Shown here: positions 10,442-19,445 of the stretch, piece by piece | How positions within the stretch are numbered: the stretch's first letter is position 1 | Layout: each line of letters starts with the position of its first letter | Virus record (IMG/VR): IMGVR_UViG_3300042197_001981 | Length of the DNA: 64,000 nucleotides | Direction: 5' to 3' (one strand) | DNA from: an uncultured virus (IMG/VR IMGVR_UViG_3300042197_001981) | Lineage: Duplodnaviria > Heunggongvirae > Uroviricota > Caudoviricetes | The notes under the pieces: generated by a model | What the model was told of the DNA's origin: nothing | The model's input: only the letters and a program-made list of their open reading frames with translations | Databases searched by the model: none | Translations under genes and position numbers: made by a program

Positions 10442-10722
10442 CGCTTTGCTAGGGCCTGCTCAATAGCTACAATGAACCCGCCGCCCCGTTTCGGGCAATC
10501 GGGGCACATGTGCTCGGGGCCTTTGCGGTACGAACCGCAGCAGCCGTCCTCCTCTTCTTCGACTTCGTCGTCGGATTCGGGTTCGGCCAAGGCGACGCCT
10601 CCGAGTTCGAGCGCCAACAGGCCCTCGGATGTGAGCAAAAACTTGCCGGTGAGTTCAAAAGGTTGTGACGCGGCGGTTTCAGGCAAAGCCAAGCCGCAGG
10701 GGGTCTCGAGTAGGTTTTTCAT
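10438..10722 (-). CDS. Small acidic protein with Cys cluster (paralog of 13285-13554)
   Basis: PxGLxxPE...F-x-L start, acidic linker and C-terminal FIVAIEQAL. Confidence 0.6.
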   Translation of the reverse strand: MKNLLETPCGLALPETAASQPFELTGKFLLTSEGLLALELGGVALAEPESDDEVEEEEDGCCGSYRKGPEHMCPDCPKRGGGFIVAIEQALAKR

Positions 10723-11270
10723 TAGCGTAGGAGTTTTTGAACAGCTGCGGTGTAGGTTGCGGCGATTTCGTTGACTTTACCGCTGTAGAAGTCTGTCTCG
10801 GCCCGGTTGGACCCGAAAAACGGTTCACAGATCACCGACACACACGGGGCTTCCTGCAGGAACCTAGCTCCGCGGCTACGGGCCCCGAGGGGTTTCACGC
10901 CGCGCCTGCGGGCGTCGGGGAACGCGGTACCGAACGTAGCATCCAAGTACTTAGCCAGCCGCAACCCGCCCGGGCTGTTGGCCCAGTACAACCACTCGTG
11001 GCCTTGGGCGGTCGGGCCGGCCGAGTTGAAGTGAAGTTCCAGCGCCGCGTTGGCGCCGATTTCTTTCAGGTGGCCGCCCAGCCACCGCATAGCAGCCGCA
11101 TAGGTAGCGCCCTCGTACCGGTCGATGATATGGACCGCATAGCCGGCCTTGCGAAGCCGGGCTCCGGTCGCAACGGCCAGCAGGCTGTTGAACTTGTGTT
11201 CGGAGACCCCGGCCGTGTTTATGGCGCCGCTATCGCCTTTCCGACTATGACCTACGCACAAGGCTACCAC
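10722..11270 (-). CDS. Endolysin, N-acetylmuramoyl-L-alanine amidase (Amidase_3)
   Basis: Zn-ligand motifs VGHS...GA...SE, LELHFNS, G(H)EWLY and ICEPFFGSN. Start uncertain (GTG 11270 or ATG 11396). Confidence 0.9.
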   Translation of the reverse strand: MVALCVGHSRKGDSGAINTAGVSEHKFNSLLAVATGARLRKAGYAVHIIDRYEGATYAAAMRWLGGHLKEIGANAALELHFNSAGPTAQGHEWLYWANSPGGLRLAKYLDATFGTAFPDARRRGVKPLGARSRGARFLQEAPCVSVICEPFFGSNRAETDFYSGKVNEIAATYTAAVQKLLR

Positions 11271-11760
11271 CGCCGGCGGCTTGGGTCTTCTGCCAGTACT
11301 TGCTAGCGGCTTGTCGGACTTCGGGGGTGGCGAGGTCGGGGTCAAGGTCACTAGCGATAACACGCGAGACCAGAGTTTCTCTAAATGCTTTATCATCGGT
11401 GTAGTAGGGTTCGTTTTTCTTGAATGTCTTTTCACGCCAAGCCTGCATGGCCGGAGTTATTTCAAACGCCGGCACCGGGTCGTCACGCATGTGGATGCGG
11501 GCGGCCTCGATCAACAGAACCCCGTCACGTTTAGCGGGGTCCTTCATAAGGGGGCTATGCGGGTTAATGGCGATGCTGTAGGGCTCGTCTGGCGGGCTCT
11601 CGTTGGCCCCGCGGCCCCACACCATGCCGGCCACGTGCCGGTTGGCTCGGAAGTACTTGTCCAACTCGGCGGGAATATCCTGCAACACCGGAAAACCGTA
11701 CGCGGTTTCGGGTGCCGGTTTCAGGCGGCGCTCTACGGCTTGCTGGAAGTTATCGGGCAT
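11245..11760 (-). CDS. Hypothetical protein (171 aa)
   Basis: Protein-like ORF coupled to its neighbours; N-terminal NFQQAVERRL motif. Confidence 0.65.
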   Translation of the reverse strand: MPDNFQQAVERRLKPAPETAYGFPVLQDIPAELDKYFRANRHVAGMVWGRGANESPPDEPYSIAINPHSPLMKDPAKRDGVLLIEAARIHMRDDPVPAFEITPAMQAWREKTFKKNEPYYTDDKAFRETLVSRVIASDLDPDLATPEVRQAASKYWQKTQAAGGGSLVRRS

Positions 11761-11986
11761 ACTTGGAAGTTTTCCGAGCGATAGCCTTAGGTTGCGGTAC
11801 GTGCTGCCGGCCCTTGGCCATACCGGCGCGTTTGGTGCGGGTGGTGGCCGCGTACTCGGCCGGGGTCAGCGCCTTGATAGCCGCGGCAGGCAGGTACCGT
11901 TCGCCAGTCTGGGAGGACGGCTTACCGCTCTTAGTGCGCCAGTCCTGCTCGGTCCAGTACTTCAGGGATTTTTGTGGCGCTTTCAT
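11750..11986 (-). CDS. Small basic protein, DUF5872-like (C-terminal half)
   Basis: QKSLKxWTEQDWRTKSGK...ERYLPxxAIKALTPAEYAAT motif. Confidence 0.7.
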   Translation of the reverse strand: MKAPQKSLKYWTEQDWRTKSGKPSSQTGERYLPAAAIKALTPAEYAATTRTKRAGMAKGRQHVPQPKAIARKTSKYAR

Positions 11987-12162
11987 CTGTAACCACCCCC
12001 TTGAGCTTTGTAGGTTTTAGCCAATAATTGACTTTTGCGGGCGGACCATTGTCCTGCCTTCGTGCCGTGGGTCTGCTGGGCTAGGATACGCTGAAACAGA
12101 CGTCTACGTAATTCCGGCTTAGTGTAGTTGCCAGCCTCGTTGACTCTGGATTCTTTCTTCAT
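11983..12162 (-). CDS. Small basic protein, DUF5872-like (N-terminal half)
   Basis: NYTKPELRxR...GQWSARKxQLLAxxYKAxGGGY motif; ATG at 12162. Confidence 0.7.
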   Translation of the reverse strand: MKKESRVNEAGNYTKPELRRRLFQRILAQQTHGTKAGQWSARKSQLLAKTYKAQGGGYR

Positions 12163-12341
12163 TGCTTGCGGAACAGGGAACGATACAACGTTACCGCCCC
12201 GACCGCAATACCAATGATTAAAGACAGGATCCGAAGGCTGTACTCCAGCTGCTCTTGCATGCTGGTCAATAGTCCCAGAAAACTGGCTGTAGATCCAGCA
12301 AAACCTTCCAACGTAGTTCTGTGTGAGTCGCTCAGCATCAT
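12159..12341 (-). CDS. Putative holin (membrane protein with basic C-terminus)
   Basis: Hydrophobic ILSLIIGIAVGAVTLY segment, dual Met start, located in the lysis cluster. Confidence 0.55.
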   Translation of the reverse strand: MMLSDSHRTTLEGFAGSTASFLGLLTSMQEQLEYSLRILSLIIGIAVGAVTLYRSLFRKQ

Positions 12342-12607
12342 TTCCCGATAATGATTGCGCGTTGGTAGCTATAGTCACTATGGAATTTCTGATTTCTGCC
12401 AGCTAAAGTACCTTCACGAAACTGGTAGACCTTATCCGGCAACAGGGTTATGGTCGGAGGATCGTACAGCGAGCTTTCGTTTACGGCGTTGCGCCAGCCG
12501 CTCGATGCGCAGCTTTGAAGCAGCGTCGCCAATAGCAGCAAGCCGGTCGATCTCGTCTTCCAGCTGGTCGACCTCCCGTTCCCGCTGCCACCGCACCCAT
12601 TCGACAT
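12338..12607 (-). CDS. Putative o-spanin lipoprotein (Rz1-like)
   Basis: LLLLATLLQSC lipobox; overlaps 12432-12647 in another frame. Confidence 0.6.
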   Translation of the reverse strand: MSNGCGGSGNGRSTSWKTRSTGLLLLATLLQSCASSGWRNAVNESSLYDPPTITLLPDKVYQFREGTLAGRNQKFHSDYSYQRAIIIGK

Positions 12608-12647
12608 AAGCTAAGAGTGCGGCAGTTAGCGCGGGTAAGGGGTTCAC
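12432..12647 (-). CDS. Putative i-spanin (Rz-like)
   Basis: N-terminal hydrophobic segment followed by a charged coiled coil; overlaps the lipoprotein ORF. Confidence 0.55.
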   Translation of the reverse strand: MNPLPALTAALLAYVEWVRWQREREVDQLEDEIDRLAAIGDAASKLRIERLAQRRKRKLAVRSSDHNPVAG

Positions 12648-12796
12648 GATGCGTCGGCGGCCTTAATGAGGCCGATCCCTGCGGTAATGGCCGAAACCGT
12701 GGCGGCGAAGTCCACGGCCTGTCCTTTGATGAGTGCGGCGGCGGCGTTAGCGACCGCGACAACGATAGTGAGGATTCCGAGTACGGTTGTTTTCAT
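12644..12796 (-). CDS. Small two-TM membrane protein, holin-like (50 aa, MKTTVLGILTIVVAVANAAAALIKG...)
   Basis: Translated by hand (below the ORF-track cutoff). Two hydrophobic helices; GTGA overlap with the next gene. Confidence 0.6.
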   Translation of the reverse strand: MKTTVLGILTIVVAVANAAAALIKGQAVDFAATVSAITAGIGLIKAADAS

Positions 12797-12802
12797 AGGG
12801 AT

Positions 12803-13282
12803 TTATTTCTTCGTTGGCTTGCGGCCCGTTTTGGAGCCGTAAGATTTTGATTTATACCACTGGAGCGCGATATCAGCGTCGTTCATGCCGGTCAGGTCTT
12901 GTCCTGCCGCACGAAGTTCGCCGATGACGCCGGTAATTTCTTCCATAGCCTTTTTATCCATGGAACTCTTGGGATCGAAAGCGGTGCCGGTAGCCTTTTG
13001 GAAAAGCTGGGCCATGCGATCAGGGTCTTCTTCGATGTTTACCGGTTGAGCTTTCGGGGGCTGTTCGTAGCCCATGCGCTCTGCCTCTGGGCCGACCTTG
13101 TTGGCGCGGGCCTGCATGAGTCGCGGTTGAATGGCGGTCTCGATTTGTTCGGCGGTATACCCCTCAGCCGGCATCTGTGCCCGTACATCTGGAGGGATGA
13201 GAAGCTCGGTGCCAACGGCTGCGGTCGCGCCGCGGCGGTTAGCCAAGCGTTTTTCAACAGCGGCGTAAAACGAGCTTTTCAT
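12803..13282 (-). CDS. Hypothetical head-region protein (159 aa)
   Basis: Packed ORF with N-terminal SFYAAVEKRL motif. Confidence 0.65.
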   Translation of the reverse strand: MKSSFYAAVEKRLANRRGATAAVGTELLIPPDVRAQMPAEGYTAEQIETAIQPRLMQARANKVGPEAERMGYEQPPKAQPVNIEEDPDRMAQLFQKATGTAFDPKSSMDKKAMEEITGVIGELRAAGQDLTGMNDADIALQWYKSKSYGSKTGRKPTKK

Positions 13283-13284
13283 AA

Positions 13285-13554
13285 TTACCGTGGTCGTTTC
13301 ATAGCAGCTTCGACGGCCGCCATGAAGTTGTTGGGGGTAGCGCCTTTACCGTAACCCATGGCAGCTTCTGCACCCATGTCGGTTTCGGTTTCGACTTCTT
13401 CGGGTTCTTCGGGTTCGAGGCCCGGGAACGGGATACCGTCCACGGCCACCGGGTAGAGCTGACCGTCCTGAACCACGTACGTGGTCACGAGGTCAAACTG
13501 CTCGGCGCCTTCTGGGATCTCAAGACCTTCTGGGATTGGTAGGAATGCTGGCAT
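13285..13554 (-). CDS. Small acidic head-region protein (paralog of 10438-10722)
   Basis: PEGLEIPE start, acidic linker and C-terminal NFMAAVEAAM. Confidence 0.65.
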   Translation of the reverse strand: MPAFLPIPEGLEIPEGAEQFDLVTTYVVQDGQLYPVAVDGIPFPGLEPEEPEEVETETDMGAEAAMGYGKGATPNNFMAAVEAAMKRPR

Positions 13555-13570
13555 AAGGTTAAAGAGGGGT

Positions 13571-13599
13571 GCAACTGTTAAGGGTTACTTAACAGTTGC
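13571..13599 (-). terminator. Perfect 12-bp hairpin (terminator or processing site) after the capsid-decoration gene
   Basis: gcaactgttaag-N5-cttaacagttgc, intergenic, with only a weak U tract. Confidence 0.5.
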
Positions 13600-13612
13600 T
13601 GGTTTGGGGGTT

Positions 13613-14038
13613 TTAGACGCGATACCAGTTGGTTCCGTCGCTAAGGAATCGAGCGACAGTATTAATCGCAATAACATTCGTGGCGGATGCGGAAGCAGAC
13701 CCGGATGCGTAGATGTTCGTAGACGGGCTAGTAACGGTCACAGCACCGGACGACGTATTGGCGTTCTGGATAATGAGTTCACGAAGCACACCGGACGCGG
13801 CAGGAATAGTTGCAGCGGTAGCAGCAGTCCGACCTGAGAATACAACAAGTCGGGTGTTAACTACGGCGGCATCACCAGCAGCAAGAACAACATCCGAAGT
13901 ACTAAGACCATTGATTTGATTCAGCGAAACCTTACGAACCTTTGACGAGCCATTGGCTGTCAGGTCGAAGACCGGAACCAGATCATCGCCTGTTGGCGTG
14001 ATGGCGGCGAGAGTTGGGAGATCGTCGAGAGTAGGCAT
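13613..14038 (-). CDS. Putative head decoration / minor capsid protein
   Basis: Directly after the major capsid gene; A/T/S-rich; ends with a FLSDGTNWY motif typical of virion beta domains. Confidence 0.6.
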   Translation of the reverse strand: MPTLDDLPTLAAITPTGDDLVPVFDLTANGSSKVRKVSLNQINGLSTSDVVLAAGDAAVVNTRLVVFSGRTAATAATIPAASGVLRELIIQNANTSSGAVTVTSPSTNIYASGSASASATNVIAINTVARFLSDGTNWYRV

Positions 14039-14061
14039 AGCGGTGTATTTGTTGGGGTTGT

Positions 14062-14099
14062 GCCGGCGAGCCCTACCTTTTACAGTAGAGCCCGCCAGC
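14062..14099 (-). other. 15-bp RNA hairpin just after the major capsid stop codon
   Basis: Pairs fully on the minus-strand RNA using G-U pairs; no U tract. Confidence 0.5.
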
Positions 14100-14107
14100 G
14101 ATTAACC

Positions 14108-15460
14108 TTATGCGGCCGGGGTCGCGCTGGTGCGCTTGAAGACGATCGCGTAACCAAAGTTGGTCTTGATCGGCTTGGTGGCGCTAGCGAGGATACCGCG
14201 GAAGAATCCGATGGTACCGTCCGGGTTTACGGTCGCGTCTGGGATGTTCGTCCACTTGAACTCACCGCGGTAGTTAACCGGGTTGAATTGCAGACCCTGA
14301 ACGCCGCTGATGGGCTCTGGGATAAGCGCTTCCTGAGCTTCTTCGTGGAGCACGTAGGCGACCTCGTAGGCAGCGGATTCGTAGTCGTCGGAAGGGACTA
14401 CCACGTCGCTGACAACTTTGTATGCAGGGACACGCTCGAACACACCATCGCCTTGAACGCTGTTCCAGTCGTTGGTGAATTTAAGGCGAGGCGCCATGTC
14501 GTCGATCAGGTGGTAGAAGCCGCGGAAGGACTTCTCAACGCCCAACGGAGCGATCAGGTCGCTGACCTTCGCGTTGTTGTAGCGAACGTCATCGCGGAAA
14601 CCAGCCTCGGTCATAAGCGCGTAGGACGCTTCTGAGCTGAGGACCAGACCAAACACCGGGCGACCGTTTTCGCGGCCGTAGGCGGCGGTACCGGCGCCTT
14701 GGCGAACCAAGCGGAAGTAGATGCTGTCGAGGATCTTGTTGCTGATGTTCACCAGATCCGTGTCGATCACGTCGTCGTTTGGACCGGTTACGTCGAGGTC
14801 GCCGAGCTTCGTGGTGGAGGGGAGGGCGGTCGCGGTTGCGGGCCAAGTGGTCTTGCCTTCGACGCCGGTCACGACGGCCGTGCCGGAAGCCTTACAGGCG
14901 ACCACGTTGTCACAAATACGGTCGTACTCGTCACGGTAGCGCTCTTCCCAGCTGAAGCGGGTCGACTCCTTGAGGAGGTCCATGATCGCACGAAGCTGCT
15001 CTTGGCGGTGAGCCGCGAAGCGAAGATCTTCGATGTTGATACGTGGCGACTCGATGACCGCGCGGCTCAGGCTGTAAGACTTGAGTTTGCGGGTGAAGTC
15101 AAGGAGCGACTTACCGGTTTGTGCACCGATCGTTTCCTTAACAGACGGGCTGGCAAGGAAGCCGGTACGGGGGCCAGTTTCGGCGTTACCGAGGGCGGTC
15201 CAGCCGAGACCGATAACGGATTCAGGCGTACCGTTGTTGTCAGCGTCGCGGAGCGGCAACGAGCGATCGTAAACGATCGTGTTGAGTTGATAGCCCATGT
15301 CGCTCGGGAAAGCCGACTTCTTGATGAGGTCGATCCAAGGAGACGTGTGGACAGTTTGTGAGTAGATGTCGGAACCGATGCGGTTAGCTTCTTCCGTCAG
15401 GATCGTGTTGATCGCAGCGGTTCCGCTAGTTTGTGGGTTGAATGAGCCGATTGCAGCCAT
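14108..15460 (-). CDS. Major capsid protein (450 aa)
   Basis: Size, position after the scaffold gene, strongly biased codon usage, and a dedicated promoter and long leader. Confidence 0.8.
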   Translation of the reverse strand: MAAIGSFNPQTSGTAAINTILTEEANRIGSDIYSQTVHTSPWIDLIKKSAFPSDMGYQLNTIVYDRSLPLRDADNNGTPESVIGLGWTALGNAETGPRTGFLASPSVKETIGAQTGKSLLDFTRKLKSYSLSRAVIESPRINIEDLRFAAHRQEQLRAIMDLLKESTRFSWEERYRDEYDRICDNVVACKASGTAVVTGVEGKTTWPATATALPSTTKLGDLDVTGPNDDVIDTDLVNISNKILDSIYFRLVRQGAGTAAYGRENGRPVFGLVLSSEASYALMTEAGFRDDVRYNNAKVSDLIAPLGVEKSFRGFYHLIDDMAPRLKFTNDWNSVQGDGVFERVPAYKVVSDVVVPSDDYESAAYEVAYVLHEEAQEALIPEPISGVQGLQFNPVNYRGEFKWTNIPDATVNPDGTIGFFRGILASATKPIKTNFGYAIVFKRTSATPAA

Positions 15461-15657
15461 GGGATTAAGGAGTTTGTGGTTGTTGGTTGGGGTTGGGTGG
15501 TAGCGCCAAGTTAGTGGGTCTTAGCCCGATATTGTATGTCGCTGCCGTGTTGCACTGCGTGCGACCCACAAACTCCCTTTCAGCTTAGCTCGGTGTTTTT
15601 AGACCCGCCGGCAGGTCAGACGCTTAGTTGGGTGGTTCGGTCTTGCGGTGCGGGGGC

Positions 15658-15687
15658 AATTTAATGCAAACTGCCTTCGCATGTCAA
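15658..15687 (-). promoter_or_regulatory. sigma70-type promoter TTGACA-N18-TAAATT for the capsid operon
   Basis: Consensus match about 190 nt upstream of the capsid ATG. Confidence 0.6.
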
Positions 15688-15700
15688 GCGTTCTGATTTA

Positions 15701-16822
15701 TCAGCTGCCCAAGGCCGCGTTAATGGCGTCTAGGAACGAACCGCTGGGCCGTGCAGCGGCCGCGCTAGCGGCGGCACCGGCGCCAGTTTTGGCGTCGACT
15801 TTCTTAAACGATTCGAGCTCGTCCAGAGCCTCTTCGAGTTCGCTGCGGAGCGCGACGTACTCGCGGGCCAAGGTCGGTAACAGGTCGCCGGCCATCTTGG
15901 CGTAGACTTTGTGGTGGGTGCCCAATACGTCGAAGTCAGTGTCTGCGGCGGCGGCGCTGAGGTTGTCGAGGTTCAGGTTTTCGAGCCCTGCCAAGAACGG
16001 GACCTTCTCCACCAACTTGCGTTGTACGTCCTTGGCGGCCGAGCGGCGTTCTTCGAGCCGCTGCGCTAGCGACTCTTGGTTGCGGCGGTTTTCGATTTCT
16101 GCGAGCTCATCCAGCGCAGCCTGAGCGTTAGCCTGAAGCTCGTCGCGGCGGGCGGCGATGTATGGAACCTGCTCAGCCAGCGCGTACACGGCGAGCTTGT
16201 CACGCTCTTTGACGCCCTGTAGCAAACGGTCTAGCGCGTCGTCCTGTTTTTCGCGGTCCGAGTAAGCTAGTACGTCGATGAGCTCGTCCGAGTCGATGCC
16301 GTATCTTTCGGCGATGACCTCGGCGGTTTGAACTAGCTCGAGCATGGGCTCTTCAACTTCGCGTTTGTACTGCGGGTGTGATTCGAGTTTCGCAACCGCC
16401 AACGCCTGTTCATATTCAGCGAGTTGTTGTTTGTAATCACCTTGGGTCTCGTTAGTGGCGCGGAGTTCCTGTAGCAAGGTCTCGCGTTCCTGCAGTTGGT
16501 GCTTCAGCAACTCGAGCTCGGTGTTGACTTGCTTGAGCTCGGTCTTGAGTTGTTTGAACCGGCGTCCAGCCTTACCACCCAACGCGTCGGATTCGGTTTC
16601 GGTGGTCGGTTGTTCGTCGACCGGCAGCACTGGCTCGGCTGCGGTCTCGGGGCTCGGTTCCGCTGGGGCGGGGTCTTCGGTGGCTACGGCTGCCGACGGG
16701 TCGATGTTCGCGGCCTCGAACGCGGCCTCGATCGAGTTAAAGAAATCACCGACCGGGCTTGCGGCGGTTTCGGTGGCGGGTGCGGATTCGGTCGGCGTTG
16801 GCGCTGGTGCTTCTGCTTGCAT
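15701..16822 (-). CDS. Capsid scaffolding protein
   Basis: Acidic, Pro-rich N-terminus and long coiled coil; located between portal and capsid; ATG at 16822. Confidence 0.75.
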   Translation of the reverse strand: MQAEAPAPTPTESAPATETAASPVGDFFNSIEAAFEAANIDPSAAVATEDPAPAEPSPETAAEPVLPVDEQPTTETESDALGGKAGRRFKQLKTELKQVNTELELLKHQLQERETLLQELRATNETQGDYKQQLAEYEQALAVAKLESHPQYKREVEEPMLELVQTAEVIAERYGIDSDELIDVLAYSDREKQDDALDRLLQGVKERDKLAVYALAEQVPYIAARRDELQANAQAALDELAEIENRRNQESLAQRLEERRSAAKDVQRKLVEKVPFLAGLENLNLDNLSAAAADTDFDVLGTHHKVYAKMAGDLLPTLAREYVALRSELEEALDELESFKKVDAKTGAGAAASAAAARPSGSFLDAINAALGS

Positions 16823-16836
16823 TGTGTTTGGTTTGG

Positions 16837-17151
16837 TTAGGAAACGTAATCCCACTCGGCGGCCTGCGGCGTATCGTTACGCATGACCGTCAGTAGGTGT
16901 AGGGTATCAACAAAATCACAGAAGCCGGCGTAGTATGCGTGCGCTACCGCCAGCTGGTTGGGGTCCTTGTTTTGCAGCGACGCCGCGTTCGGAGCGTAAG
17001 TAGCCCGGGCCGTGGCGACCGCCAGTTCAAACACCGGGTCGGTCAGCAAAGCACGTAGGTTCTCGACGTTGGCCGAGTTGCCGAACCAGTGCCGCAACGG
17101 CATTGGGGCTACGACCGCAGCCTTGGGGGCGCGTTTCTTTGTAGGGGGCAT
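16837..17151 (-). CDS. Small protein between portal and scaffold
   Basis: Conserved podovirus-type gene position; protein-like ORF. Confidence 0.6.
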   Translation of the reverse strand: MPPTKKRAPKAAVVAPMPLRHWFGNSANVENLRALLTDPVFELAVATARATYAPNAASLQNKDPNQLAVAHAYYAGFCDFVDTLHLLTVMRNDTPQAAEWDYVS

Positions 17152-17156
17152 GCAGT

Positions 17157-19400
17157 TTATCTTTGGAGCTCGGCCGCGATCTTAGCGTCAGCTAGGGCGC
17201 GTTCTTGTGCGGCCTTGGCGGCTCGCATTTCGAGCTCCAGTTCGCCTTTCTGGCGAATGAAGTCAAGTTTAATTTGATGTTCGAGCATTTTGAGTTGGGT
17301 CGGGTCGGCGGCCGGTTGGCCCTCGCCTTCCGGCTGCTGCTGCGCTTGGGCGTCTCGCTGTTGTTTCTGCGCTTGGCGGCTGGCGTTCAGAAGTTTTTGT
17401 CCGACCTGTTGCAAGACCTGCTTGGCTTCGTTCACAGTAGCTACCGCTGTCGGGTCTTCGGCCAGCGCCTGAAGGTGCTGGGCGCAGTGTTCGTTGAAGA
17501 CCTGCATGACCGGCGCCGTTTGCAAAAGATCGGCTTCGCCGCTGTCCACGGCGCTAGCCATTTCGACCAAGACCGGCAGGTGCGCCGCGAGGTGTGTCTC
17601 GTGGAGTTCGCCCGGCTGGACGCTGACCTGCTGGCCGGCCGAAAGTACACTGTTCTCAAGCTCTGCGATCTTGGCTTCGCCGGGCGGGCGCGGCTCTTCG
17701 GGCTGCTGGACGTAGCGTGCCGCGTTCTCGTAACCGACCCGGGCGGCGACCCGGTCGAAGACTACGTTGCGTTTGCCGAACTCGTCGAGCATAGGCATGA
17801 GCTGTTCGATGTCGGCCAGCGCGGCGGTACGGTTGGTGGCGTTGCCGAAACCAACCGCGCGGGTAGCTACGGTCTTGGCGTGGTCTAAACTACGTATGAT
17901 GTCGGCCGACACGCCGCGCTCCGCGCAGCGAGTGTAAAACTCGCGTACGGCGAAGTCTGATTTCGCGCCGCTGACGAGCCGCCGAACGCACTCGCGCAAC
18001 AGCCTGCGCCAGCTGGCGTAGAACTGGTTGAGCTGCGAACTGGTAAGGCGGGTAGCCTGCTCGAGCTCGGCCTGAACCTGCATCTTGCTGCGGTACGGGC
18101 TGCCCTGTAGGGCGGCGCCGCTGTTGTAGAAATCAAGATTGTCGTTGAGCTGGCGGGCGATGTTGTTCAGGGCCGGCTCGACCGACTGGGCCAAGTTGGG
18201 CACGCCCTTCTCGACGACCCGGAAGTTCGGCGGCAGGACCGAGTACGGGCCGTAGTAGGCCAGCGATAGGTCGTTCAAAGCCCGCGGGGTCTCGGGCATG
18301 AGCATGATGCTGCTGCTCATCATGGCGCTGTCGACCAGCTGGCACTGGAGCCGGTTGCTGGTCTGGACGTGGTTGTAGATCCGGTGCCCCAAGCCGCGCA
18401 CCGAATGGTAGGTGCCGTTGGTGCCGACACCGTAGCTGAACAGCAGGTACGCTTGTTCGGGGTCCGGGAAACGGCTTACACGTTGCAGCATGAACGATTT
18501 CGGGGTGTTCTCGCTGAACATGAAGTGCGAGACCGACCCGTCGAACTCGCGGACCCACATGTTCACGACCTGCACGATGTTGGCCCGGATGCCAGTATAG
18601 AGGTCGTTGTTTTTGAGTTCCCGTTGCAGGTCTTCCCAGTCGGTGTTTGTCCGGCCGCTGGCTTGGGTCGTAGCGGTACGAATGACCCTGCGAACCTCTT
18701 CGACGTCCCAGCCGCGCTGTGCAGCGAGGTCCGGGTTCTCGATGAACTTGTAGAGCTCGTGCACCATGTAGTTGCGGCGTGCGCACGCGACCTCGATGGA
18801 GTGCTCGCTGGCTTGCGTTTGCCGGGGAATCAGGAAGTCGCTGAGCCCGCAGGCCCTGAAGCGGAAGTCACGCTCGTCCTCGAAGTACGCGACACCGATG
18901 CCGTGCATTAGGAACTGGTTTACCAACCGCAAATAGGTGCCGTAGAACTCAGGCCAGTCGCGCAGGGCGCGGGTCAGTTCTTCGGCGACAATGGTGTCGT
19001 TGCGCATACGTGCGCCGGGTTCGCCGCTGCGGGTCTCGACCTGCACTAGCGTGTTGACCGAGTCGATGAGGTCGACGTAGCCGCTGGTAGCGAGATCCAA
19101 GAAACGTTGCGCTTCTCCGAAGTTCAGGTTGCACCGGCTGCTTTGGTTGGTGCTGCGCAAAACAGCTGGGTCGTACGGCGGTGCGCCGTCGAACATAGCC
19201 TGCACGCGGCTACGGTTCACGTTGCTGCTTTCGTCGGCACGTTGCAGCGAAGCGAAGATACCTTCGGCAGCGGCAACGCTGGACAGGCGTGAGCCTTTCG
19301 GCGGTGCGCCAACCGAGTCGAGGTTCAGCAACTCGAGCTCGCTTAGGCCGCGTGGCTGTTCGGGTGCTTGGCGCTTGAAGCGAGATTCTGCAACGGACAC
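17157..19400 (-). CDS. Portal (head-tail connector) protein
   Basis: About 750 aa with a Q-rich coiled-coil C-terminal barrel, upstream of scaffold and capsid. GTG start inferred from the promoter. Confidence 0.75.
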   Translation of the reverse strand: MSVAESRFKRQAPEQPRGLSELELLNLDSVGAPPKGSRLSSVAAAEGIFASLQRADESSNVNRSRVQAMFDGAPPYDPAVLRSTNQSSRCNLNFGEAQRFLDLATSGYVDLIDSVNTLVQVETRSGEPGARMRNDTIVAEELTRALRDWPEFYGTYLRLVNQFLMHGIGVAYFEDERDFRFRACGLSDFLIPRQTQASEHSIEVACARRNYMVHELYKFIENPDLAAQRGWDVEEVRRVIRTATTQASGRTNTDWEDLQRELKNNDLYTGIRANIVQVVNMWVREFDGSVSHFMFSENTPKSFMLQRVSRFPDPEQAYLLFSYGVGTNGTYHSVRGLGHRIYNHVQTSNRLQCQLVDSAMMSSSIMLMPETPRALNDLSLAYYGPYSVLPPNFRVVEKGVPNLAQSVEPALNNIARQLNDNLDFYNSGAALQGSPYRSKMQVQAELEQATRLTSSQLNQFYASWRRLLRECVRRLVSGAKSDFAVREFYTRCAERGVSADIIRSLDHAKTVATRAVGFGNATNRTAALADIEQLMPMLDEFGKRNVVFDRVAARVGYENAARYVQQPEEPRPPGEAKIAELENSVLSAGQQVSVQPGELHETHLAAHLPVLVEMASAVDSGEADLLQTAPVMQVFNEHCAQHLQALAEDPTAVATVNEAKQVLQQVGQKLLNASRQAQKQQRDAQAQQQPEGEGQPAADPTQLKMLEHQIKLDFIRQKGELELEMRAAKAAQERALADAKIAAELQR

Positions 19401-19406
19401 GAGAGA

Positions 19407-19436
19407 AAAATACGTGTGTTGAGTGATATGTGTCAA
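19407..19436 (-). promoter_or_regulatory. Promoter TTGACA-N18-TATTTT, probably leaderless portal mRNA
   Basis: Consensus match with a GTG 6 nt downstream. Confidence 0.55.
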
Positions 19437-19445
19437 GCTATTTGT

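Noticed and set aside
11271..11435. N-terminal extension of the endolysin overlapping the 171-aa gene
   Set aside because: The extension is low-complexity, and GTG at 11270 gives a complete amidase domain with a normal short overlap.
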